Assembly: GCF_020745735.1 (NCBI RefSeq)
Contig: NC_083406.1
Span: 26,968,255 to 27,032,254 of the forward strand
Direction: 5' to 3'
Length of the DNA stretch: 64,000 nt
Origin: Hemiscyllium ocellatum
Lineage: Eukaryota
In this document: piece by piece, positions 36,601-48,720 of the stretch
How the letters are laid out: each line of letters opens with the position of its first letter
How positions within the stretch are numbered: the first letter of the stretch is position 1
The notes under the pieces: generated by a model
Databases searched by the model: none
Seen by the model: only the letters and a program-made list of their open reading frames with translations
Told to the model about the DNA's origin: nothing
Translations under genes and position numbers: made by a program

Positions 36601-39600
36601 CGCTGAAGTGGGGAGATTTAAGAAGCAAAAGTGCCAGCACATTCCTGTTGGGCCAAATGGCCTATCTGCAAGCTGTCAATTCCATGTAATTTTATCTAAT
36701 ACTGTACCATGCATGCGCAGCATTCCAATGTAGCAATCTGGATGTTGGACCTTGTGACAGGTCTCTTGTCTCATATCTCTCTTCAATCACACATTTCATG
36801 ATCAGGTGGAAGCAGATGGAAGGTAGGCATTCAACCAAATGACATTAAATTGAGAAGAAGAATGTTGAGGCTTAAGTAAAAACAAAGAACGTGACAACGA
36901 ATTCTTCAACCTACATCTGAGAACTGATTAATGTATCCACAGTTCATTGTGGTTTCCTTTCCAATAAACTGCCAGAGAATCACTACAATTAAGCACAAGT
37001 ACATCTGACCATTACACAATTGCACATTCTGAAGATAAAATCCTAACCAAAACAAAGCACTGTATCACATTTCTGTAATGGAAGTTAACAGATAATTTAT
37101 GGCCTATAAAGTACTAACTGTAACAACAGATGTTGGGCAAACGATTCTGTTTTCAGAACCTTGCGAAAACCAGCGTATTAAATATAGTCTCATCATCTAC
37201 ACTGTTTACAATAAATTATTGGTTATGTTAAGTGTAAGATTAAATATTACAAGTTGTATTGAATGTAATTTTTTTTATTTTCACAAGAAGTGAACAAAGT
37301 GACAATTATAAACAACAGCAAAGAACATGGGAGCTTCCTCTGACAGCAATCCAAGAACTTAGATGTATGCAATCTACTGGCTATTTAGAATGTAGGTAGC
37401 TGCATTAATCCTGACAACTGGAATGGGATTATTGTACTTATTACAGCACAGCAATGAAATACATGACCGCAAGTAAATTGATGCAATGATTGAACAAGGA
37501 ACCATTATAGATTAGGGCTTGAAGGGGACTAATTTTCAAATTGCTGTAATCTGTGTCCTCTAAAACAAACTGGAGTGCTCCATTGATATCTGGATATTCA
37601 GACAAGATCTATCAACCATAGCAAAAGCACAGCACAAGTTCATTAGTAATCATGAGAATCCAAATAGTTAAAATATCAGGAGAGTTTGCACAGATTAGAC
37701 TGATATCTGCTTGATAATTGTCGATTAAAGGGTGATCCAATTGAGGTGTTTAAAAGCATCTGATTATTTCTCTGTAGCTTATTTCCTCTGATTCAGAGCT
37801 TAGAATTAGAGCCAATAAGGCTACTGCAGCATAGTGACAGTGCTCCTACCCTGAAACAGGTGGCCATTCCAGAGGATTGTCATAACATCTCTTAACAGGC
37901 TGATTAGAAAATATCTACAATTAAAGCTGTGGCTGTTCAAGGGTGATTTTGGGGAGTAGTTTCTTCATATATGGTGCGGTCAAAAATGAAAGCACTGTTG
38001 ATTCTGGAAATCTATTTGAAATTTCAAGATTGAAATTGGTAGACCATTTGTTAGCCAAAGGCACTAAGAATAATAGATCCTAGGTGGGTGAACCGAGTTC
38101 AGATCAGCCATTATCAAGTTTAATGGCAAAAAGATCAAGAGACTGAATGACTTCCTCCTAGCAATATAATTCCTATTACTATTTTCATTGATGAAGTTAA
38201 CCAAGTAACATCAATGTATTTATAAGACATAGTCATTACCAAGCTTTGTGAACATCAGGAGTCAGGATTCCTTCTCCTATGGTTTTGCCTATCATTTGAA
38301 ATCTGCTTACTTTAGTCAACTAATGTTTTCTTTTTGGCTGGCTGATAACTTTAGAGTGGACTTAAACTATCCATCTCAGTGGAAGTTCAAAATATTGTCA
38401 TCTGGGCTTATTCTACTCCCACTTCTGCATCAGTAGACTTTGGGTGTGACAAACAATATTATGCACTCTAGTTAAATTCATTTGCTCACTATTTTAATAA
38501 ATTAATATGGTTTGCCATGAACTAGTAAAAAGCTTGTACAGATGGGAGAAATGTCATACAAACACATTTGCTGATATCACATAGTGCAATTTCAGTCTTA
38601 CATGTGCCTAAAAAGTCACGCCCAGCTGGACAATCACGAAGCAGCATTATAGCAATTTGGAAAGAAGTGCTAATCTAGGTGAACATACTTTTCAATCCGC
38701 AGGGTGCCTACGCAGAGGACATTGATTCAGCTTCCCTCACTTCCTGCCAACAAGGATTAAGTGAGATGGCAAATGGCCCATAAAGCCTTGTCCTCATTTT
38801 GGGAAAAGAGCATTTTCTTTAGCAGAAGAAGGCTAAATATCTGCCCTTCAGCTCTCAGTTGGGTTGCTACCCCAAAAAAGTCATGTTGCAAATGATTGTG
38901 CATCCTTGCACTTCATGTTCTAGCCATTTGGAATAATGGTTGAAAAATAATGTTCAGTGCATATCAAATTTTCAAAATAAACTTTTGATGGGGGTTATGT
39001 CAAACCAGGGAACTCAGAACATGGCACGAAAAATTAATGTATGTTACATCAGAGGATAATAGAATTTCGCAGCAAATTGGAGGCTATTTTGCCCGTTATT
39101 GCATGTTGGCTTTCCAAAGATGCTTTTGATTTAGACCCATTCCACAGGTCCTGCCCATATCTAGACTTTAATGGAAACATTCCTGATTTTGACTTAGGAT
39201 TTGAAGCTGACTAGAGACAATCCTAGTATATGGAGACTGGTGCTCTGTCTCTGAACCTTGGATGAGAATTGAGCAAGATATAGGTTGTGAAAGGCCATAG
39301 GCCCTTCCTCTTATTTAGGACACGTTGTCTTACTGACTGGTATAAATGTGGTTATGGCTATGAAAGGAGCGCTATACTGCAATTGACTAACGTGTGTACA
39401 TTTATAACAATGACCAAGTTGCCTTGTATATTATGCTACCAGCAACATGTGTATTGGATGGCAAGTCATTTTGTAGTGAAAATAAGCATTCTAATATATT
39501 TTTCTAAAATAATGGACTATAGTCTTAATGTGGATCAATGAACAACTTCTATTTCCCAACAGCAGTTCTCTAAGCCAGAAGTTTGTAGGTGCAAATCTCA

Positions 39601-40419
39601 TTCCAGCTACTTCCTCACAAAATCTAGACTGTCACTGTGGGAGTGCTGTTTTGGGCTTAACAATTTCCTGGTGGAGATTTGGCAACATATGCATCAACAA
39701 TGGGAACATAGGAATGTAAGAATGCACATAGTTATCAGACAAGTTCTACTATCTTGGAAGCATATCCCATGGTATTGATTACAACACTCTACCAAGATGT
39801 TTTTTATTGGGTAATAAATTCAATTCTCTCATCCTTATCAGCCATTCAACACTTTTACCACTCTGGATCTTTGTTGTCTCCTTGCTTCACTGAGTCAATA
39901 TAATTTTGTTGTAGAACCTGTGACTATGTTAAATGTTTATTTTCCCTTTAAAATCTTAAATACTTCAGTGAGATCAGTCTTGATCCTTCTCCTCTCCAGT
40001 GTAAACATTCTGCACTCCTGCAGTCTCCCTTTATATCTCAAGTGCCTAATCCTAGCTATCAACTTAGTTGACCTTTGGTGCACCTTTGGCAATTTGTGAA
40101 TATCTTTCTCATTGGACAGTAAACACAGTCATGCACTGTGGTCCAGATACTGCTGATCTCTTGCTCACACAAGTTTTAGAATTACTTTTTAAGAACTGTG
40201 GTCTATTTATTTTACTATACACAAGAGCTGGTTTGATTTCTTTATAGCTGCTATGAACTGTACTAATGGGTTCCACAATTTATCTACTGGTTTGCCCAAT
40301 TTCTTCTCCAAAAGTGAGAACATAGAACCATTAAATAACATGTGATCAGTCGGGATCATTTTCATGAGAACAAAAGTCATAATGCAATTCTATTACAATA
40401 AAGCAATAGAAAGAAAACA

Positions 40420-40830
40420 TTTTGCACCTACATAGTATTTTTCAAGCTCATCGGATGCCTGAAAATACTTTTGAGTTAATATTTTGAAGTGATCTCTCTC
40501 TTGTAATCTAAGAATGTGGCAACTAATTAGCATTGATCAAACTGCAATGTGATAATGACAGCATAATCTTTTTTTGTGATATTGAACTAAGGATAGATAT
40601 TGACCAGGACATCATGGCTGGCACCCAACTCTTCTTGAGGATTAGGCCACTGGATCTTTTACATCTACCTGAGTATACAGATGGTGCTTTGATTCAAAGT
40701 CTCATCCAAAAGATGGCATCTTGGGAACTGCAACTCTTGTTCACTATTGTACTGGAATGTTTGCCTTGATTTCTGTGCTCTCATACTAGAATGGGATTTT
40801 AACCTGGAATTTTGTGAATCAGGGTTAATA
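40420..40830 (-). mobile_element. Deu-domain SINE
   Basis: Aligns by eye with 30885-31290 (TTTTGAAGTG...ATATTGACCAGGACA...). Confidence 0.6.
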
Positions 40831-42087
40831 CGATAGCAGAGATTGGTAGAGACCCAAGTTACCTTTCAACATCTGCTGTGTGAAAACTAGCCATATCAGA
40901 TTGACTGCCTGCTATAAATCTTATTTGATTTTCCTTTGTTTTGCATTAAGAGTGGGACACACTTTTTCTTGATCTGTACAGATTATATGTGTGAGAAGTA
41001 ATCAAAAATCAAGTCCTGAATTTTCACATCAATGGAGAATCTGGACATCATTGAAAAAAATGGATGAAAATACAAAATCTCATTCTGGAATATAGCATCT
41101 ACCATTTTCCTAAGTATAGGAATGGAAACAGGGTGCATTTTGTGCGCCCACGTTTGCTGAGACATTTACTCATATAAATCAGATCTGACAGTGGTCAATC
41201 TTAATTTTAGTGATCAGGCATATGAAACGTGACATATGCAGTTTTGACCTGATAACAGCAGGTTTGAGTGCTGTGGATTTCTTTGGATGACCAGGGTATA
41301 TTTGTGGAGAGCAAAAGTACCCCTTAGATACAGTATCAGACAGCTTTATGAGAGAAAAGTGCCATTTAGGAGAAAAAGATGCATTTTGGAATCTGTATAA
41401 GTGTGCATAGATGTATTTTTAAAATTATTTAAATGCATTGAAACAGCTAAGCTCACTGGAAATGTCAAATACAAATGTTCAAAGTCTCAACAACAACTGT
41501 CAAAAGAAAAAACTCAATCGGAGCTGTTGTACTGTCTAGGCATTTAAAACTCCAGCCTTTAAAGATTTAGCAAAGAAAGCAAGCATGCAGAAACAACTAT
41601 TGCTTGGTGTTTCACTGTGTCTGTTAACATAAGCCTCAGGATTCCATTACTTAATTACTACTGCATGACTGATTTATAACTTTCCATTATTCCAGTATGG
41701 TGCCTTCTATTTCACAGTTAAATTGACATAAACCAGCAGTCATAAACTCTTTAAAGTGGGAATATGAATTCTAATTTTCAAGCAGATTGGTAAGTCAAAT
41801 TGACAGAGGGAGCTATGAGAAAGACTTCTTACAGCATATTTTAGGATATGTTTCTTCGCACAATTTGCTCTGGACACAACATGATATTAGGCTATTTTGG
41901 ATCTGGTAATTTGCAATGATGCAGGTTTAATAAATTATCTCAAAGTAAAAGGTCTGCTAGTGGACAGTGATCATAACATGGTAGAATTGAGAATTTAGTT
42001 TGAGAAGGATAAACCTTGGTTGGAAACAAATGTGCTGAATTGAATAAGGGTAATTACACTGGAATGAAGAAAGTGTTAGAGAAGTAT

Positions 42088-42345
42088 GATTTGGAGATGC
42101 CGGTGTTGGACTGCGGTGTACAAAGTTAAAAATCACACAACACTAGGTTATAGTCCAACTGGTTTATTTGGAAGCACTAGCTTTTGGAGCGCTGCTCCTT
42201 CATCGGATGGTTGTGGAGTATAAAATCGTAAGATACAAAACTTTTAGCAAAAGCTTACAGTGTGATGGAACTGAAAGTATATATTGAAAAAGACTTGGAT
42301 TGTTTATTATGTCTCCCATGTTTTAGAATGACCATGTTGGTTTCT
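42088..42345 (-). mobile_element. PLE pLTR fragment (second family) with decayed hammerhead
   Basis: Same family as 45079-45328; reverse complement CCGATGA-AGGAGCAGCGCTCC-AAAA-GCTA-GTG at 42175-42206. Confidence 0.75.
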
Positions 42346-44687
42346 GAAACTTCTCCCTTTCAAGCTAGAAATGAAATTCCAACATGCTGTGGTCACTATC
42401 GCCTATAGCATTTTCATCATCAGGTTACTGATTAACCCTGCCTTACAGTATAAGATCAAGCATACGATACCCTGATCTTGGTCAGTTCCAGAATGTACTG
42501 GTCTAAGGAACTGTCCTGAAAACAGACCATGAACTCATTACTTAGGCTAGCTTTACCAATCTGTTTCTCCCAATCTACATGTTGAACAAAGGTTATTCAC
42601 GATTATTACAGTATGTTTCTTACATGCTCCATATTTTTCTTTCTGAATGCATGTCCTACAAAGTAAGTCTGTTACAGGGCCAATGAACAACTCCCACAAG
42701 AGAACAGTGACCTTTCTATTTATTTTCATCACCCAAACCACTGCTACATATTGCTATTTCAAGGTAAGGTCATATACTTAATTAAGTAATTAAGAACTAA
42801 GACCATCTATCGTTGCCAATGGCTAATATTGTACTGATGCAACCTGTGCCATAATTGCAGCTGCTGAAAGTGTGCAGGTTTTACATTTGGAGTTGTTCTG
42901 TCCTAGATCAGCTGTTCAGCAAGCTACAGAGCCACACTAGTCCATTAACATCATCACCCAGTGCAGAGGTGCAATTTATATTCTTCTCCAATCTCAGCTG
43001 AAGACTGACAATTGTGTCAATAGCTATGGGATTTAAAATTAGAGTTTTACTTCTCCTTGGAAGGCTGACAAGTTTTGGTAATGAGATGTATCTTATCAGA
43101 GCAATTTGGCTTTGAGCACCAGATACTTGACTTCACACTTCTATCCACTTTTATAAATAGAGTTACACTTATAAAGCCAGGCTGGACAAGTTTCATTATT
43201 ACAGCCTACCTGAAACACTGACCACTAATACCTCTTGCAAATGAAAATCATCTCAACTCTCCACAGCATCCTAATCCTTCTAACCCTTGGTGAAGCTACG
43301 TCAGTTGAAATAGACTTTGGTGCCTTGACTTGTGAAAAACTATGAGCTCTTGTATGGCCAGCTCAAAGCTCCACTGAGCTATTAATGGAAGAAGATATCT
43401 TCCAAGATTTGACAACCTCTAAGACATTTCCTGAGTCCTAACTCCAACACTTAGATGTACCTACTGAATCACAGAACATATTCCAACAAGAACTTACTAC
43501 ATGAAACTATCCAATGCTCTTGACTTTTCAATGAGCCTGGACTATAATATATTTATGGACCTACTGAACTTCTCCAGAACTTCTTCCAGAGTTCTAACTA
43601 CACTGAGCAAGTGGCCCTAAATTACCTCAGTCAGCAGCATAGCTTAACAGTTCATCTCTGCATGAAGCCTGCATCTGTCTTGCTCTGCCTTCAAACTCCA
43701 ACTAACTGTAAGCCTGGAACTGTTTTTCAGTGATCCTTAAACTGTTTTGTATGATCTATTGAAAACCTTGCAACAAGACCCCTACTGCTAGGCAGAATTG
43801 AATTCAGTAACCCAACAGTCAAATTTAGCAACACCTTTGAAATGATCTGTTCCCTTAATGTTACAAAGTTCACTGAGTGTTGGCTCCTTTAGCACAAATT
43901 GCATACAACAAAAATTCAGAGTTCACCGCATACAAAGAATAGCAACTGACAATAGTCACTTGAGTGATGTACCACAAGGAAGCTGACATACTCACAAATG
44001 TATGTCAATAACTGAACAAAACAGAGGCAATGAAAACCAATTTCTAAGGAAATGTGTAAAGAAGATATTTCCCTCAGTTATAATGAGGCATTAAATTTTG
44101 ATACTGCTGTGAGTGCAGTTTGTGGCACTAACACCATTTGCAGGTCTAGTTTTCTTTTATGTTTTTACTCTATAAATACTAATTGTTCATACTGGGCAAT
44201 AAGTCTATCAGAATTACTCGTACTAGTATTTCCAGTTAGTGCAACAATAATGTGTTTGCAGTATCACTGAGCTTAGAATCTTCTAAATTGTTTTAATTCA
44301 AAAAGCCTGACATTGAGTGAGACAGAATGGGGTGAGGAATGTGGATATTACTATGTAAGGAAGAAGCCTTGTATATCTAATCTACTATAACAAACATAAA
44401 TTTATTAATGATCCCACAGCATTCTACGCAGAACTGTACTTTAAAATAAAAAAATGTGAAATTTTCTGGAATGTACTGCTATAGAAACAATGCATGGTAT
44501 TTAACATTGATCTTGCATTCAAATTTCCTGAATCTTTTCAGCACCCAACAAAAAGCAGTGCAGATCAAACAAAAGTTAACAGAAGCAAGCAACCAGGTTG
44601 TGAAATTTAAAGTTTGAAGCCATCAAACCATTACTCATGAACATTAAATGCAACACGTGTAGGGAAATACATTTATAGAGGAACTTA

Positions 44688-44894
44688 CAAGTTGTTCTGT
44701 TGTAACGTGCGTTTCGCCAATACAAATTCACTGTAATGTGATTGACACATTGGGAATGTTGTTTCTACAGCATGAACCTTTAAAACGTGTGTTGGCTGCA
44801 CTGTGATTACAACACCAACACTTTAAGTGTTGTTTCTAAAGGGGGATTTTTCTCTAACATAGTGTTGCACAAGAACGCAACCATCATGTTATAG
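44688..44894. mobile_element. Tigger-like MITE, right end lost to a CR1 fragment
   Basis: TA|CAAGTTGTTCTGTTGTAAC start; internal similarity to 51859-52077 and 58519-59112. Confidence 0.55.
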
Positions 44895-45078
44895 ATGAAC
44901 TGACTGTATACAGAGAAATTTCTGCACCCAGAAACTGGTGAGGCTTTGGAATCTACTATCAGAGAATGCAGTTGAGGCCAAAACATTGTAAGATTTCAAG
45001 AAGGAGTTGGATCTAGTACTTGAGGCTAAAGAGATCAAATAATATATGGAAAAAGCAGTTGGATGATCAATCAAGATT

Positions 45079-45328
45079 TGGAGATGCTGGTGTTGGACTG
45101 GGGTGTACAAAGTTAAAACTCACACAACACCAGGTTATAGTCCAACAGGTTTAATTAGAAGCACACTAGCTTTCGGAGCGATGTTCCTTCATCAGGTGAT
45201 TGTGGAGGGCTCAATCATGTTACGATTGAGCCCTCCACTATCACCTGATGAAGGAGCATCACTCCGAACGCTAGTGTGCTTCCAATTAAACCTGTTGGAC
45301 TATAACCTGGTGTTATCGGATTTTTAAT
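45079..45328. mobile_element. Fold-back PLE-derived element with two inverted hammerhead motifs, inside a CR1 3' fragment (44900-45405)
   Basis: Arms ~45112-45216 and ~45224-45327 are reverse complements; perfect 17-bp TSD GATGATCAATCAAGATT at 45062-45078 and 45329-45345. Confidence 0.88.
45167..45195 (-). ncRNA. Minimal hammerhead ribozyme motif (second PLE family)
   Basis: Reverse complement CAC-CUGAUGA-A-GGAAC-AUC-GCUCC-GAAA-GC-UA-GUG; stem I CAC/GUG; palindromic AGCU. Confidence 0.65.
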
Positions 45329-45992
45329 GATGATCAATCAAGATTGGGATGAATAGTGGAGCAGGCCCAAAGGGCCACATGACTTACTCCTGCTCCTAGT
45401 TTCTAGTATCAATGAAACATAATGGTGCAAACTTTCCTCTTTTAAACAGAATATAAGCAAAAAGCATTCAAAGCTACAAAAAAGATTGGTGTAGCTCTGC
45501 TAATCACTTAAAATCACCCAAATGGTGTTTCAGGCATTACTTTACTTTTGGTCATCAAATTACATGCATTCAGAATTTCAGAAACTGTAGAGAAAAATCC
45601 CTGTACTTTTGTATGTGAGAAGAGCAATGTTAATACATCAAGTGATATCAGAGTATGAAAGGGAGCATGGTAATGTATACATATTAGGTGCGTTGGGGTA
45701 AAACCAGGGTGAATGGTTTACATGCAAATCTGCAAGGATAATAAATGCGAAACAACTCTATATTCTGCTGCTGTTATTATTCTGAAACCTTCTCTGAAAT
45801 TCTGGGCATTTTTGTGTGCAAGGTACCAGTCCAGTCAATTGAAACGATTGGCAACTCTAGTAGCGCTCAGCAAAGCCTGTGGTAAATTACATGTCACAGC
45901 ATTCGCAAAAATTTGAATCTGAATGTATTTCCTGTTTCATATTAACACATGTGGGACTCCAAATTTGTAGTTTAATTTTAGAGAGGACTCAC

Positions 45993-46157
45993 CAATACTG
46001 GAGTTCATGTCACCATTTTCAGACTCTGCACCATGCTGGTTACTGTTACCATGGAAGCTGTTCATGGCTTCTAATTTGATCTTTTTTGCCTTCATTGCCT
46101 CTGCTATGGCAGCATTGGTAGCTGCTGCCGCTGCAGCTGCTGCTGCTGCTGTAAGAC
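45993..46157 (-). CDS. DACH1: Internal coding exon of Dachshund homolog 1 (poly-Ala exon downstream of the DD1/SKI box; equivalent to human DACH1 exon 3)
   Basis: Translates to (G)LTAAAAAAAAAATNAAIAEAMKAKKIKLEAMNSFHGNSNQHGAESENGDMNSSI(G), closely matching vertebrate DACH1 as I recall it (GLTA9TNAAIAEAMKVKKIKLEAMSNYHASNNQHGADSENGDMNSSVG). On the minus strand it has a polypyrimidine tract with acceptor TCTCTTTATCAG (AG at 46159-46158) and a donor GTGAGT (45992-45987). Length 165 bp, phase 1-1. Confidence 0.93.
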
Positions 46158-47284
46158 CTGATAAAGAGAAGACAAGACAAGAAGAAATAAATGGTGAGAT
46201 AGGCAAACACTTCAACGATTAGTCTATGATAGCATTTTTATGGCCCGTAAAATTCAACTAATCCAAAACTCTATTGGCTGTGTCCTCACTTGTCCATCCA
46301 TCAGCCCTGTGTTCTCTGATATCTCTTAATCCAACAATGTCCCTGGATTTAAAATCCTCATCCATTTCTTCATATTCTTCCATTGCTCTGTCCCTTTCGA
46401 TCTTAGTAATCTCCTCCAATCACAGAACCATCTGTGAGTGAGATCCCTGCACTCTTCCAGGACCTACCGCCACCGCCCCCCCCCACCCCCCACCCCCAAA
46501 CCCCCCCGAGTATAACCAATTTTAATTGCTCCGACCAGCTATTCCTTTAGCTGCTTAAACACAAAGTCTGGAATTTCCTCCTTAAATCCATCTAGCTCTC
46601 TCTCTTGTTTTTCTCCTTTAAGACATTTCTTGAAATTTAGCTCTTTCAAACACACTTTTGGCTATCTAAGTACCTCCTACTTTTACTTGTTGGCAATCAT
46701 TCCTCAACCACATTTAGCATTCTTCTTTCTTTACGCTTTGGGCGCACTCATTGACTATTCCACTTGCTCTTCTACTCCTTTGCCAACAACACAAAAATCA
46801 TAATCTTTCAACTCCCATCAGTTCAATGAAGAGTCATCTTAGACTTGAAACTCCAATTCTGCTTCTGTCTCCACAAATGCTACAAACCTGATGAGTTTCT
46901 CTGGAAATTTCTATTTTTATTTTGGATCTCTAATATCCATAGTAGTTTATTTTTATTTGGCAGTTTTCTTCTATTGGAAAAAATGGCAGTTCTTTATTTG
47001 TCATTCAGTTGGAGAGACAAATTGTTTTCCAATTGGTCAAGAAGGCTGTTGTTCTGAATATGGATACATTGAGCGGTCAATAGCAGGAATGTAGAGGTGA
47101 GGCAGTTAGACGCATGAAGCCATATGTTGGTACATCCAGGATATCTAGTCAGGTTTGGCAATGCAGAGTCTTCATTATACACCTCTCTGAATATTTATGC
47201 ATTATGAACTTATGGGGATAGGAAAAATTTACATTAACATTGCTGCAAATAAAGTACCCATGGTAATAAAAAAGTTTTTGAGCT

Positions 47285-47566
47285 GATTCCCTACAGTGTG
47301 GAAACAGGTCCTTCGGCTCAACAAGTCCACACTGACCCTCTGAAGAGTAACCCACCCAATCCCCTTTTACCCTCTGTCTAATGTACCTAACACTATGGGC
47401 AATTTAACATGGTCAATTCACCTGGCCTGCACATCTTTGAAGTGTGGGAGGAAACCCATGCAGACATGGGGAGAATGTGCAAACCCCACACAGTTGCCTG
47501 AGTTTGGAAGCAAACCTGGGATCTTGGTGCTGTGAGGCAGCAGTGCTAACCCCTGAGCCACCATGC
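47285..47566 (-). mobile_element. V-SINE (HE1-type)
   Basis: Tail GATTCCCTACAGTGTGGAAACAGG, V-domain and head on the minus strand. Confidence 0.87.
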
Positions 47567-48284
47567 TCCCCCACAGTGAATCTGTGTAGATTGTGTCAGC
47601 AGAATTCCTGTATCACATCATAGACACACTCAAGGGAAGTTCCTTAAATACAGGAAGATGTAAGGAATCACTGGTTTTGCTGACAGGTAAAATGGAGTGG
47701 AAGGATGCTTGCATGGAGCATAAGAGGCAGTATACAGCAGTTGGGCTGAATGCCTGTTTCTGTGCTATGTACAGTTCAGTCGAGAGTTTCAGGCACCAAG
47801 TACATTTGGCCTGAGAACAGCGTCTAAACAAAAACAATTCAGTGTTAAACATCTGTCTTTTCGTGTATCAAACATTTTAAACTGTCAAACATTCTGTCAC
47901 TGGAAATGATAATTAGTGAAGAATTGCAAAGTCAATTCCATGATCTGTTGCTCCGAGCAAGGAGGCACACTTGCATGGAACTAATATTACTTTCTGTGGT
48001 TTGTTGTATTCTTACCGCAGCTCATCTTGGTGAAAGACACATTGGATAGATTTGCTGCCAACATGTTCTTTCCTGATGAGGAGCTTCAAAGCCAGCTTGG
48101 TCTAGTGTGTGCAAGGAACATCACTGAGCAGTCACAGAAGGAGATTCTTGACTTAAACAGTACACTGTTTATTGCATGGCAGCAACAAGATGCAAATATC
48201 ATTGGTATAATAACCTTGATTGCATTAGTTCTTACTCCTTCTTGGTTCAAAGCTATTCCCCCAATTTGGTTTGCCCTGCTAACT

Positions 48285-48720
48285 CCCCAAACCTCCAGGT
48301 CTCTTACCCTGCAACTGGAAAGGATGCAAAACCTACTGGTACACCACCCCCCTCACCTCCACCCAGGGCCACAAACAGTCCTTCCAGGTGAGACAGAGGT
48401 TCACCTGCCACTCCTCCAACCTAGTTTACTGCATCAGGGGCTCTCCCAGCGTGGTCTTCTCTACATCAGGGATACCAAACATAAACTTAGGTAACGATTC
48501 ACTGAGCATCCCAGCTGCTCTCACAGGGGCCGACTGGACCTCCCAGTCATCACCCATTCCAATTTCCCTTCCCACTCCCTTTCTGACATGACCATCTTTG
48601 GCTTTCTCCATTGCCACAATGAACCAAACCGCGAATTGGAGGAACAACACTTCATCTTCCACCTTGGCAGCATACAGCTCAGAGGACTCAACATCGAGTT
48701 CTTCAATTTCAAATAACCTT
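48285..48720 (+). mobile_element. PLE GIY-YIG endonuclease fragment
   Basis: RQRFTCHSSNLVYCIR...GLLYIRDTKHKL...SPSH...ELEEQHFIFHLGSIQLRGLNIEF across frameshifts. Confidence 0.85.

Noticed and set aside
45937-46222. Full 92-aa ORF around the DACH1 exon and the antisense poly-Ala ORF 46007-46222
   Set aside because: Extensions beyond 45993-46157 are intron read-through past clear splice sites; the plus-strand ORF is the shadow of GCN codons.
1756-47814. Recurrent short ORFs such as ...GRMCKLHTDS... and ...VWSLHILP...
   Set aside because: Translations of V-SINE copies, not genes.
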